DNA of 64,000 nucleotides from a virus (Duplodnaviria; Heunggongvirae; Uroviricota; Caudoviricetes): IMG/VR virus record IMGVR_UViG_2799113139_000004; one strand, 5' to 3'. Shown piece by piece: positions 25,855 to 35,824 of this stretch (position 1 is its first letter; each line of letters starts with the position of its first letter). The notes under the pieces were generated by a model. It saw only the letters and a program-made list of their open reading frames with translations, ran no database searches and was not told where the DNA came from. The position numbers and the translations under genes were made by a program.

Positions 25855-27597
25855 TTGCCCTGGAAGCCAACGGTTCCGGGTGAGCGTCCGACGCTCGGCT
25901 GGGCCGTGCTCGACTGGATCACCGAGTACCTACAGGTCGTCGATGGCCCCAGCGTCGGTGATCCGCTCGTATTCACCCCGGAGCAAGCACATTTCGTCGC
26001 TCGGCTCTACGAAGTAGACCCGACATTCCGCCCCGGTACGGCCGTCATCGGGCGAGCTATGAACAACGGCAGGCTGATTCGTCGCGCGGTGCTCTCGCGT
26101 CCGAAAGGTTGGGGCAAGTCGCCGCTCGTCGCGGCGCTTTGCATCGTTGAAGCGATCGGTGATGTCGTCATGGACGGCTGGGACGCCGACGGGCAGCCGG
26201 TCGGCCGCCCCTGGATCGATCTCGGAATCAAACCCAAGGTGCAGATCGTCGCCGTCTCCGAAGACCAGACGGCCAACACCTGGGAGCCATGCCTCGACAT
26301 GGTTCGCAGCAGTGACCAACTGCTCGATGACTACGACATCGAGCCGATGGAGACGTTCATTACCGTTCCGCGCGGCCGCATCGAGGCCGTCACGTCGGCC
26401 GGCACCAGCCGCGAAGGTTTCCGGCCGGTATTCACGGCGATGGACCAGACCGAGAGCTGGACCGAGACCAACGGCGGCTGGAAGCTCGCGCGGACCATTC
26501 GCCGGAACCTCGGCAAGGTCAACGGCTGCTCTGTCGAGACGCCGAACGCGTTCCTACCGGGTGACAACACCGTGGCCGAAGGTTCATGGAAGACGTACCA
26601 GGGTCAGTTGATTCGCGCGGAACGACCGCAAGGCGAGGGCAAGGTTCGCGGCGGCCTGTATTTCGACCATCGCGAAGCGCCACCAGAGACCGACCCGAGT
26701 GACTACGACTCACTGCGCGCTGGTCTGGGCATCGCATACGGAGAATCAGCCGACGACAACGGCGGTTGGGTCAACCTCGATCGCATCATCGCCGAGTACT
26801 GGGATGACGACACCGACCCGCAGGACGCGCGCCGGTACTACCTCAACCAGATCACTCACGCTTCTGATCAATGGATCAGCCAGATCGAGTGGAGTCGCAT
26901 TCGTGTTGGCACAGAAGAAAAGCCGGACGATCACCCCATCAAGCCGGGCGACTTCATCGCCATCGGATTCGATGGGTCACGCGGCCGACAGCGCGGCAAG
27001 GCCGACGCAACGGCGCTGATCGGCTGCCGAATCCATGACGGCCGACTGTTCAAGCTCGGCATCTGGGAAGCTGAGAAAACGGACAAGGACTGGGCACCGC
27101 CAGTTCACGAAGTAGACGCCGCGGTGCGCAAGGCGTTCGAAGACTACCGAGTGATCGCGTTCAACGCCGATCCGACCGGCTGGACCGAGCAGGTTGTGGC
27201 CTGGGAGAAGGATTTCGGCCGCCGATTGAAGGTCAAGGCTTCCGTAAAGAATCCGATGATGGCCTGGCCGAAAGGCAAGGGCATCAACGTCGTTGAACAC
27301 GTCGAGATGTTCCGGCACGCGGTCGCCACCTCCGGTCAGGACACTGACGCCGACGATCCGGTGGTCACGATCAGCCATGACGGAGACATAGCACTCACTC
27401 AGCACATTCTCAACGCGCGAAAGCGGCCAGCTTCACGCGGATACCTGATTCACAAGGCATATCCAGAGTCCCCCAACAAGATTGACGCCGCATACGCGGC
27501 GGTCATGGCCTACAAGGGGCGACTCGACTGCTACGCCCAGGGCATCGGCGTACGCATCAACTCATCAAGCAGAGGAAGGATGGTGGTGCTCGGATGA
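25855..27597 (+). CDS. Terminase large subunit
   Basis: 580 aa with ATPase-like N-terminus and nuclease C-terminus. TTG start right after the upstream stop; precedes the portal. Confidence 0.75.
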   Translation: MPWKPTVPGERPTLGWAVLDWITEYLQVVDGPSVGDPLVFTPEQAHFVARLYEVDPTFRPGTAVIGRAMNNGRLIRRAVLSRPKGWGKSPLVAALCIVEAIGDVVMDGWDADGQPVGRPWIDLGIKPKVQIVAVSEDQTANTWEPCLDMVRSSDQLLDDYDIEPMETFITVPRGRIEAVTSAGTSREGFRPVFTAMDQTESWTETNGGWKLARTIRRNLGKVNGCSVETPNAFLPGDNTVAEGSWKTYQGQLIRAERPQGEGKVRGGLYFDHREAPPETDPSDYDSLRAGLGIAYGESADDNGGWVNLDRIIAEYWDDDTDPQDARRYYLNQITHASDQWISQIEWSRIRVGTEEKPDDHPIKPGDFIAIGFDGSRGRQRGKADATALIGCRIHDGRLFKLGIWEAEKTDKDWAPPVHEVDAAVRKAFEDYRVIAFNADPTGWTEQVVAWEKDFGRRLKVKASVKNPMMAWPKGKGINVVEHVEMFRHAVATSGQDTDADDPVVTISHDGDIALTQHILNARKRPASRGYLIHKAYPESPNKIDAAYAAVMAYKGRLDCYAQGIGVRINSSSRGRMVVLG

Positions 27598-29084
27598 CCG
27601 TCGCGATTGCACTACCGACACTATCTCTGTCGTCGGATGAGCTAGACGTCTTGCAGGACTTGACTAATCAGCTTCAGAAGTACCAGCCCGAAAACATCAT
27701 CAAAGAGCAGTATTACGAAGCCAAACGGAAAATGGACGATCTCAAGATCGCCATCCCCCCGTCGCTTTCGACCATGCTGTGCTGCGTTGGCTGGCCCGGC
27801 ATCACCGTTGACAGCCTCATCGAGCGACTGAACTTCGAAGGCTGGTCGTACGAAGGCGACGGGGAAGACGACGATCCGCTGGGGCTGATGGATGTCTACT
27901 TCGAGAACGATCTCGACGTCGAGTCCGACATCAACCACACCGATGGGCTGATGTACGGCACGTCTTTTGCCGCGGTCTCGTCTGGAATGGACGACGAGCC
28001 AGACGTTTTGGTCACCGTCGAGTCGCCACGCAACATGACGGTGATCTACGACCCTCGCACCCGGCGCGCGACGTCTGGATACCTCCAGATCATCGACAAG
28101 GATGACCGGCTGGTCGGCGGGCGACTGTTCTTACCCAACGAGACGATCTGGCTAGAGTGCTCGCCATCTGAGGTCGGCTCTGCTGGTGCCGACAACATGA
28201 AGGTGACTCACCGGGATCCCCACAACCTGAACCGCGTGCTCGTCGCGCAGATGATCAATCGCCCCCGGACGGGTGCGCGCGGTCGTTGTGGTCACTCTGA
28301 GATCACCGAAACGGTTGTGTCACTTACTCAGTCGGGAATGCGGACGCTCGCCAACACCGAAGTAGCGCGCGAGTACCTGGCCGCGCCACAGCGCGCGGTG
28401 CTCGGTGCGAAGGAGTCCTTCTTCATTGGTGAAGACGGCAAGCCGCTACCGGCGTGGAAGTCCTACATCGGCCGCATGATCGCCCTGGAGCGCGACGAGT
28501 ACGGCGAGATTCCTGACATCAGGGAGTTCAAAGGCGCGTCGCTGGATTCCTTCTTCGGCCAGATGCGAACGCTCAGCCAACTCATGTCATCTGAGATCGC
28601 TGTTCCTGCGAATTATCTGGGCTTCGAGACGGACAATCCGCCATCGGCTGACGCGATTCGATCCATGGAAGCTCGCCACGTCAAGCGAGCCGAGCAGCGT
28701 CAGAAGACATTCGGCCGCGGCTGGACTGAAGTCGGCCGCCTGGCGGTCATGGTTCGTGAAGGCAAGACGGTCGACCAGCTTCCCGGCGAGATCCGCAAGG
28801 TTCGTCCGCAGTGGCGCGACGCCTCGACGCCGACATTCGCCGCGATGACCGATGCGGTGGTGAAGCTGATCGACAAGGGTGTCTTCACGCCGACGTCGCG
28901 CGTTACTCGCGACAAGCTGGGCATCAGTCGCGCCGATCAGCGCCAACTTGAGATCGATGACAAGAAGACGACGGTCACCAACCTCGTCTCATCGATACGC
29001 CAGGGCGTCGATAACGCGCGCCAGGACGGTCAGGTGGCGTCCCTAGCCGATCGTCGAGCGCCATCCGTTGCCCAGTCTGGTTGA
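27594..29084 (+). CDS. Portal protein
   Basis: 496 aa; conserved position between the terminase and the MuF-like gene. Confidence 0.7.
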   Translation: MTVAIALPTLSLSSDELDVLQDLTNQLQKYQPENIIKEQYYEAKRKMDDLKIAIPPSLSTMLCCVGWPGITVDSLIERLNFEGWSYEGDGEDDDPLGLMDVYFENDLDVESDINHTDGLMYGTSFAAVSSGMDDEPDVLVTVESPRNMTVIYDPRTRRATSGYLQIIDKDDRLVGGRLFLPNETIWLECSPSEVGSAGADNMKVTHRDPHNLNRVLVAQMINRPRTGARGRCGHSEITETVVSLTQSGMRTLANTEVAREYLAAPQRAVLGAKESFFIGEDGKPLPAWKSYIGRMIALERDEYGEIPDIREFKGASLDSFFGQMRTLSQLMSSEIAVPANYLGFETDNPPSADAIRSMEARHVKRAEQRQKTFGRGWTEVGRLAVMVREGKTVDQLPGEIRKVRPQWRDASTPTFAAMTDAVVKLIDKGVFTPTSRVTRDKLGISRADQRQLEIDDKKTTVTNLVSSIRQGVDNARQDGQVASLADRRAPSVAQSG

Positions 29085-32000
29085 GCACGCCAACGCTCTG
29101 AAGAGCGTCTTGGGTGACCTCTCAACAATGTCAACGAAAGACCTTGTGGCACTGTACAAGAAGCTGGAAGGCGACGGCGCGACCGGCCAAGAGCTGCTGG
29201 ATGCTTTCAAGGCCGTCTTCCCCGAGGTTGTTCAGCCCTACATTGAGGCCGCGTCCGATGTGGCGAACCAGTGGTACGGCGAGCTGGCACCAGAAGAGCC
29301 ATACAAGCCGACCGCCGTCGCCGCGATCGATGCGGTACCACCCGCGCGGATGTTGAATTCGATCGAATGGGCGTTTCGGGCTGCCGGCCAGGCTCATCCA
29401 CTGAATCGACTCGTTGGCTCGGCGCAGCGCATGGTCTTCGACGGTGCGCGAGAGACGATCTTGACCAACGCCGACGCCGAGCAGGTCAAATACGCGCGCC
29501 TGGCGTCGCCGGGGGCGTGCGAATTCTGCCGTCTGATGGCCACGCGCGGCGCGGTGTACCGCAGCGCGAGATCTGCACAGGCTGGCCACGATAACTGCCA
29601 CTGCGTCCCCGCGGTGAGTCGCGGAAAGCTGCACTTTCAGCGTCCGGGGTACTACCAGGACTGGGACGACGAGTACGTGATGATAGTACGTCAGCTCGAC
29701 GCCGAGAACGTCAAGCCCACGCTGAACGCGGTCCTGTCGAAAATGAGGGCCAACGCAGAGGCCGCGTCGAATTCGGGCTCAACACTGGTAGAGATGTCTA
29801 CCAAGGCCAGCGACACCAAAGCGGTCAAGGTACACGCATGGCTCAGTGCTGAGAAGAAGCACAACGAGGCTGTCGCCGCATGGCTGGACGCCGAGAAGGT
29901 GTTCACCAAGAAGAAGGCCAAGGCGGCCGCGCAGGCCAAGTACATGGCCAAGAAGAAGCAGGCGGCCGCCGATACCCAGGCATGGCTCGACGCCGAGGCG
30001 AAGTTCAAGGCCGACCTACCCGCGTGGCTGGCCGCCGAGAAGGACTTCAACAAGAAGCAGTCCAAGGCCGCAGCTCAGGCGAAGTACGTCGCCAAGAAGA
30101 AGGCCGTCACGTTGTGGCTCAAGGCCGAGGATCAGTACAAGGCGACCCAAGCTCAACTGAAGGCCGCCGCGGACGCCGCGAAGGCTGCCGCCGAGAAGGC
30201 CGCGAAGGCGAACGCGACGGTCAACGTCGATCTGAAGAAGGCTTCGAAGGCCCTCGCCGCGGCGAAGCACGCGGCCAAGAAGAAGGGCGACCTCACCAAG
30301 TACGACGAGCTGTCCCAGATGACGCCAGCGGAGTACGCAGCGTCAAAGGGTCAGGCCGTCGCCCCGAAGGTCACCACGGCGGCCACAGCGCCGGTATCCA
30401 TGCCGGAAACCGCTGCGACGGCCAAGGTGGGCACAGCATCGACGGCCACCAAGCCGAAGACGATCGTCGGTGAGCTGACGGACTCACCCGACGTGCTCGC
30501 CAGCACCGGCCAGGTGCTCGGCACGCACGGCGCGACTGTCTACACCGACTCCAAGGGTCAGAAGTGGCTCGTCAAGGGTCCGAAGAATCCGAGCGATCAG
30601 TTCCTTGTGAATCTGGACGCGGCATCGGCTGAGCTGCAAGCGAAGTCGGGTCTGACCACACCAGCGACGTACATCATGACCGTTGACGGCAAGCGTCAGT
30701 CGGTTCAGTTCATGTTCCCCGGCAGCGCGAACGCGTTCCCCGGCGGCGTGTCGCTCGACAAGATCAGCAGCGCCGACATGCTCACCATTCAGAAGCATCA
30801 CGCTCTCGACTGGCTGATGGGCAATCACGACACCCACGCTGGCCAGTTCATCCGAACCGGCACCGGCGAGCTGATCGGCATCGACAAGGGTCAAGCGTTC
30901 AAGTTCTTCGGTGGCGACAAGCTCGATTGGAACTACCACCCCAACGCCAAGCATGGCACCCCCGAACCGATCTACAACACGCTCTACCGGCAGTACGCCG
31001 AAGGCAAGCTCGGTGGCTCCCTCATCGATCCATCAACCGGGCCACTCGCTCAGTACATCGCTGGTCTACAGGCGATACCAGACAAAGAGTTCCGCAACAT
31101 GTTCCGGCCATATGCCGAGAGTGCGGCGAAGAGCGGCAAGCTCTTGGTCGAGGCTCACGGAACGGTGCCGACGAATGATGTCGATGCGTTTCTCGACGCG
31201 ATCGTTGCCCGAAAGGCAAGTCTCGCTGACGATCTCAACGCGTACTACGGCAAGGCTGCGGTAGCACGTCAGAAGGTGCTCGGCGTTGCGAAGCCGACCA
31301 TTGTCGTCAGCACGACCGATAAGAGCGGCCTCGCGGGTGCGTCGGGTGGAATTTCCGACTATCTGACACCGAAGTTCGTCGGCGCACAATTTGTAGCTAC
31401 ACCGATGGCGACGGCCGAGGATCTGAAGAAGGCCGGCAAGGCGCTCGCTTCGGCCAAGTACATCGCCAAGAAGAAGGGCGACACAGCCAAGCTCGCCGAA
31501 CTGTCGAACCTGACGCCCCAGCTGTATTGGGAGCAAAAGAACAGCGTCACAACGGTCATCACCGCTCCGACCGCGACCCCCGCGACGGCGCTGGCCATCG
31601 ACCAACAGACACAACTTGCCAAGTGGCAGAGCGACTTTACGGCGAAGTTCGGCACGTCTGGAGTCTTCCAGCCGGTCAAGGCGCTTGCGGTGCAGAAGGG
31701 TATCAAGCTCTCGGATGCGATCCCAGAGTTTGACAAGGAGTTCGGTATCGGCGTCCTGAGCGTCGAGCAGATGACCAACCTGATGGGCTTCTATGGTCCT
31801 GCGATCCAGTCGAAGTGGATCACCAAGTACCAAGACGTCGTTGGCGAAGACCAGGCGCAGAAGGTCTGGAAGGCGCTCGCCGCGGACGGCAAGACGTCGT
31901 TCAAGGAGCCGCCACCGCCACCGAAGCCGGTTGTCATCAAGAAGGGCACGAAGTACACACCCGAGCGCGAGCAGCCGGATCAACTGGTCAAGAGCATGAC

Positions 32001-32658
32001 CGGCAAGGGCTTGATCACCGACGACACAAAGCCTCTGGGTTCGGAAGAGAACCCGCACATCTTCGCAGTCAACAACGCCAACGACTGGAAGACGTTCGGC
32101 AGCAAGATCACCCCACAGGAAAAGTCAGACTGGGTCGCTGGGCAGTACGACCAGACCCGCATCTACACCGGCAGCAGCTACACATCGATCAACGCTCACG
32201 TGCGGGCCGACAAAGAGCCGACCGACAAGATCAAGACATTTGACAAAGCGTTCCACGGGCACAACACATTTGAGGAGTACACGATCCTCAGCCGCGGCAC
32301 GCACCCAACCGAGTTCAACGACAAGAACAGCCTCGATGCGAAGTTCGGGTTCAACTCGACTCTGGAAGAGCTGAAGGTTCTCGAAGGCGAGACCTACGTC
32401 TCCAAATCGTATCTCTCAACGTCGATTACGACAGAGCCAGCGTTCCATAACCCGGTCCGCATCCTCTACAAGATGAAGCCGGGTCAGCGCGGCCTCTACG
32501 TCGGTGGCGACACGGATGGCAACTTCGTAACGCAGCACTCAGGCGAGCGCGAGGTTATCCTTCCCCGTAACCAAACGCTGAAGGTGATCGAAGTCCGCAA
32601 GTCAACATCGTCGTTCAAGGCCGACGTCATCGTGGAGGTGGTGGATCAACCTGTCTAG
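29068..32658 (+). CDS. MuF-like minor capsid protein fused to K/A-rich repeats, a kinase-like domain and a C-terminal R-S-E ADP-ribosyltransferase toxin domain
   Basis: N-terminus has the SPP1 gp7/MuF signature (RLASPGACEFCRLMATRGAVY ... HDNCHCVP). The mid region has a Gly-loop/Lys segment (HGATVYTDSKGQKWLVKG), a catalytic-loop-like GNHDTHAGQF and IGIDKG. The C-terminus has ART motifs R (YDQTRIYTG), STS (YLSTSIT) and ExE (GEREVILP). TTG start is uncertain. Confidence 0.7.
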   Translation: MPSLVEHANALKSVLGDLSTMSTKDLVALYKKLEGDGATGQELLDAFKAVFPEVVQPYIEAASDVANQWYGELAPEEPYKPTAVAAIDAVPPARMLNSIEWAFRAAGQAHPLNRLVGSAQRMVFDGARETILTNADAEQVKYARLASPGACEFCRLMATRGAVYRSARSAQAGHDNCHCVPAVSRGKLHFQRPGYYQDWDDEYVMIVRQLDAENVKPTLNAVLSKMRANAEAASNSGSTLVEMSTKASDTKAVKVHAWLSAEKKHNEAVAAWLDAEKVFTKKKAKAAAQAKYMAKKKQAAADTQAWLDAEAKFKADLPAWLAAEKDFNKKQSKAAAQAKYVAKKKAVTLWLKAEDQYKATQAQLKAAADAAKAAAEKAAKANATVNVDLKKASKALAAAKHAAKKKGDLTKYDELSQMTPAEYAASKGQAVAPKVTTAATAPVSMPETAATAKVGTASTATKPKTIVGELTDSPDVLASTGQVLGTHGATVYTDSKGQKWLVKGPKNPSDQFLVNLDAASAELQAKSGLTTPATYIMTVDGKRQSVQFMFPGSANAFPGGVSLDKISSADMLTIQKHHALDWLMGNHDTHAGQFIRTGTGELIGIDKGQAFKFFGGDKLDWNYHPNAKHGTPEPIYNTLYRQYAEGKLGGSLIDPSTGPLAQYIAGLQAIPDKEFRNMFRPYAESAAKSGKLLVEAHGTVPTNDVDAFLDAIVARKASLADDLNAYYGKAAVARQKVLGVAKPTIVVSTTDKSGLAGASGGISDYLTPKFVGAQFVATPMATAEDLKKAGKALASAKYIAKKKGDTAKLAELSNLTPQLYWEQKNSVTTVITAPTATPATALAIDQQTQLAKWQSDFTAKFGTSGVFQPVKALAVQKGIKLSDAIPEFDKEFGIGVLSVEQMTNLMGFYGPAIQSKWITKYQDVVGEDQAQKVWKALAADGKTSFKEPPPPPKPVVIKKGTKYTPEREQPDQLVKSMTGKGLITDDTKPLGSEENPHIFAVNNANDWKTFGSKITPQEKSDWVAGQYDQTRIYTGSSYTSINAHVRADKEPTDKIKTFDKAFHGHNTFEEYTILSRGTHPTEFNDKNSLDAKFGFNSTLEELKVLEGETYVSKSYLSTSITTEPAFHNPVRILYKMKPGQRGLYVGGDTDGNFVTQHSGEREVILPRNQTLKVIEVRKSTSSFKADVIVEVVDQPV

Positions 32659-33062
32659 TCCGATCCCCGCGCGCTGGCTACCGCCGAACGTCTACGACTT
32701 CATCAACGAAGAGCTGGGCGCGTTCTATGATCAGCCCGATTACCCCGGCGCTCGCGAAGGCACTGGTAGATACGTTGATCTATATGCCGACGATGCACTT
32801 GAACATCCGGTTGGCCGCCTCTGGACCAACGACTCTGACGCGTGCGGCCTGCTGCACGTCGCTGACGGTGACGAAGTGTTGTACGCGCGAACCGCGCTGA
32901 TGATGCGTCGCGAGCTGTCGTACGGTGCACCTGCCGGAAACACCTTCGACGTGATCCGTGGTGAGTGGAACGATGACGGCGCGCTCACGACCACCAATCT
33001 TGCAGACATCGAAGATTCTTCGATCGCGCTGAACGCCAATATCTAACTCGTAGAACCGAGTT

Positions 33063-33094
33063 CGGCCCCTAACTAACAGTTGGGGGCTTTTTTC
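33063..33094 (+). terminator. Rho-independent terminator
   Basis: GGCCCC-(12 nt)-GGGGGC hairpin followed by TTTTTT. Confidence 0.7.
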
Positions 33095-33206
33095 ATGCCC
33101 GAAAACAGTTGAGTAACCGCTGTTTTGGGCTCTCAGTCTTCCACTCACACCCGAGTGGATCGCCCGCAACGGGTGCCCTCTATGCGGAACGCAGGAGAAG
33201 CAACAC

Positions 33207-33821
33207 ATGTCCGAAGGTACCGGAAGCCCTACGCCCAACTCGATGCCCGGAGCGGCCGAGTCCGCCAATTCTGCCGAGGCAGACGGCGGCAGCATCGATG
33301 AGCTGGAAACGTCGTACGACGAACAGCTCTCAACGCTTGAGGGTGAGCGCGACCACTGGAAGGAACAGGCACGCAAGAACGAACAGCGTGCAAAGTCCAA
33401 CGCGGCCAAGGCGAAAGAACACGATCAGCATTTCGCCGACTACAAGGCCGCGTGGGAGCGCGAGCAGCAGCAGAAGGAGAACGCGAAGACCCCTGATCAG
33501 CGTGTGCTCGATCAGGCTGCCACCGATCGCGCCCGCGCCGAGAAGGCCGAGGCCGATCGCGCAGAAGCCGAGGCAATGCTTCTGAGATACCAACTGGCAG
33601 AGGGTCTTCCGTCATTCCTACTGCCACTGATCAAGGGAACGACCGAGGACGAAATTCGCACCGAGGTTGATGAGACCAAGGCGCGATTGGCCGAATACGT
33701 CACTGCTCAGCAGACGGGTCAGCCGCGTCGTCCCTCACCCGACCCCGCACTAGGCCGCGGCGGTGCCGCAGGCGCGACCGCTATCGAGCAATTCGAAGCA
33801 GCCATGCGCGGGGCGTTGTAA
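33207..33821 (+). CDS. Scaffolding protein
   Basis: Acidic, coiled-coil (ERDHWKEQARKNEQRAK ... AEKAEADRAEAEA); located immediately upstream of the major capsid gene. Confidence 0.65.
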   Translation: MSEGTGSPTPNSMPGAAESANSAEADGGSIDELETSYDEQLSTLEGERDHWKEQARKNEQRAKSNAAKAKEHDQHFADYKAAWEREQQQKENAKTPDQRVLDQAATDRARAEKAEADRAEAEAMLLRYQLAEGLPSFLLPLIKGTTEDEIRTEVDETKARLAEYVTAQQTGQPRRPSPDPALGRGGAAGATAIEQFEAAMRGAL

Positions 33822-33856
33822 CGCAACCACTTTCGTTCTGAAAGGAGGCAATACCC

Positions 33857-34750
33857 ATGGCTGGTATTGACATCAATCGGACTACCAATGGGGTGCTTCT
33901 GCCCCCGGTGGTCTCCAAGGAAATCTGGCAGAGCGTCCAGCAGGCGTCGATCATCCAGCAGCTTGTGCCGCAGATCGACCTACCCGCCGGCGGTATGTCT
34001 ATCCCGATCATCACGGGCGACCCACAGGCTGAGTGGGTCGATGAGACTGAAGAGAAGCCGGTCAGCCGCGGCTCGCTGAGTTCCAAGAACATCAAGGGCT
34101 ACACGCTCGCCGTGATCGTCCCGTTCTCGAACCAGTTCAAGCGCGACCTGCCTGGCCTCTACAACGCGATGACCAGCCGTCTTCCGCGTGTTCTGGCCAA
34201 GAAGTTCGACCGCACCTGCCTGGGGTTCGACCCCTCGCCCGGTACCGGCTTCGACACCCTGGCCAGCGCTCCGACCGCTTCGATCGCGACCAACGTCTAC
34301 GACGGCTACGTCGATGCGCTGGAGTCGGTCGCCTCGGTCGAGGGTTCGGACGTCGAGCGCTGGGTTCTCACCTCTCAGGCTGAGATCGCCGCGCTGGGCG
34401 CCAAGGACGGCATGGGTCGCCCGATCTTCATCGACTCGGTTACCGCTCAGGGCCGCGTCGATCGCGAGATCCTGGCGCGTCCTGTGTCGAAGACGCCGCA
34501 CGCCTTCAAGGGCGGTTCACCGTCCACCGTGGGCTTCGGTGGCGAGTGGTCCACCGCGATGTGGGGCTATGTCGAGGGTCTGCGTGTTGACGTCAGCAGC
34601 GAAGCAACGCTGACCGACGGCAACGAGACGCTGAACCTCTGGCAGCGCAACATGTTCGCCGTCCGTGTTGAGTTCGAAGTCGGTTTCGCCGTGCGCGACG
34701 TGAACCGCTTCGTCCGCATCACCGGCGCGAACACCGGCGCGGGCAGCTAG
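33857..34750 (+). CDS. Major capsid protein (HK97-fold)
   Basis: 297 aa with strong SD (gaaaggaggcaatacccATG); follows the scaffold gene. Confidence 0.75.
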   Translation: MAGIDINRTTNGVLLPPVVSKEIWQSVQQASIIQQLVPQIDLPAGGMSIPIITGDPQAEWVDETEEKPVSRGSLSSKNIKGYTLAVIVPFSNQFKRDLPGLYNAMTSRLPRVLAKKFDRTCLGFDPSPGTGFDTLASAPTASIATNVYDGYVDALESVASVEGSDVERWVLTSQAEIAALGAKDGMGRPIFIDSVTAQGRVDREILARPVSKTPHAFKGGSPSTVGFGGEWSTAMWGYVEGLRVDVSSEATLTDGNETLNLWQRNMFAVRVEFEVGFAVRDVNRFVRITGANTGAGS

Positions 34751-34767
34751 TCAGTAAGGAGCGTGCA

Positions 34768-35172
34768 GTGGCCGCCGTGACAATCTCCAAGGATGATATT
34801 CAGGCACATCTCCCCGGTACGCCGGATGATGTGGCTGAGCGCTTCATCAAGGGCACGATTGCGCGTGCGGCCCTGTACGCCCCTTGCATCAAGTCGGCCG
34901 AGTTCCCTGATGAGAAGTCGGACGCGGCCAAGGACATTCTGATCGACGTCATCATTCGGGCCATTGAGGCCGGTAGTGGTGTCGTTGGCAGTGTCATGGC
35001 TGGGCCATTCCAAACGTCTCTGGACACGTCCAAGCCGCGACGCCGCCGCTTCGAGAGTGACGAGATACGCGAGCTGAAGGCGTTGTGCGGCATCAAGTCC
35101 GGTGGCGCATTCACGATCACGCCGGTCTACGACGCGACTGACGCGCTCGCCGAGGACGTGACGCCGGAGTGA
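34768..35172 (+). CDS. Head-to-tail adaptor/connector protein
   Basis: GTG start with AAGGAG SD; position after the capsid gene. Confidence 0.5.
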   Translation: MAAVTISKDDIQAHLPGTPDDVAERFIKGTIARAALYAPCIKSAEFPDEKSDAAKDILIDVIIRAIEAGSGVVGSVMAGPFQTSLDTSKPRRRRFESDEIRELKALCGIKSGGAFTITPVYDATDALAEDVTPE

Positions 35173-35630
35173 TCTTCTCGGCCATCCCCGCACCGTGGAT
35201 CGCCGCGCTTCATCGCTACGACTCAACTGCGGTCAACGCAGAGAACGCGCCGGTTCGACGGTGGGCGCCACCGAAAGATCAGCGCGGCACGCTGTTCTGG
35301 GTTCAGGGCTGGGCACCGCCCGGTGGTGCTGGTGACCCCGAATACCAGAAGGACCGCTCAGCGCAGCGAATCGAGATGTACATGCCACCGGTCCTGATCG
35401 ATATCGACGGTAACGAGATCGACGATCCGGGACCCGTTGACGTGATCGATCTACCCGACGTGAACTCACTGCGCGGCGTGCGACCGGGGCGCGCAGGACT
35501 ACTGCAAGCGTTGGCGCAGAACCGAATCGAATGGGAAACCTTCGAGGTTCAGGGTTGGCCGCGCGACTACACCAAAGGCTTTCATCTATGGCAACCGGGC
35601 AAGGTTGTCGATTTAGAGAGGATCGGCTGA
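35169..35630 (+). CDS. Head-tail connector / head closure protein
   Basis: Gene order and size; GTGA overlap. Confidence 0.45.
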   Translation: MIFSAIPAPWIAALHRYDSTAVNAENAPVRRWAPPKDQRGTLFWVQGWAPPGGAGDPEYQKDRSAQRIEMYMPPVLIDIDGNEIDDPGPVDVIDLPDVNSLRGVRPGRAGLLQALAQNRIEWETFEVQGWPRDYTKGFHLWQPGKVVDLERIG

Positions 35631-35824
35631 TGATCACCGTCCACCTGAAAGACGGCACCTCGGAATCGTTCAACAACGATGACCAGGAGCGCTGCGAGTG
35701 GGAGACGGAAGAGCAAACCGACCATCTGGTCGTGAGCACACCGACGCGGGTCGCCATCTTCCATGGTGAGAGCTGGAGCCATCTAGTCGAAGATCGCAAG
35801 GACACGGCCGGCGATGGCGAGTAG
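35630..35824 (+). CDS. Hypothetical protein (64 aa)
   Basis: ATG overlaps the upstream stop (TGATG). Confidence 0.4.
   Translation: MITVHLKDGTSESFNNDDQERCEWETEEQTDHLVVSTPTRVAIFHGESWSHLVEDRKDTAGDGE

Noticed and set aside
31066-32058. 330-aa antisense ORF inside the MuF-ART gene; similar long antisense ORFs at 1858-2505, 20144-20947, 21974-22876, 41617-42381, 54565-55446, 50631-51164
   Set aside because: Arg/Leu-rich, low-complexity translations typical of spurious antisense ORFs in high-GC DNA. Each overlaps a sense gene with clear domain motifs.
32780-33409. 209-aa minus-strand ORF between the MuF gene and the scaffold gene
   Set aside because: Ser-rich low-complexity product that overlaps the scaffold gene start. 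The plus-strand frame in the same place is more coding-like and ends at a strong terminator.
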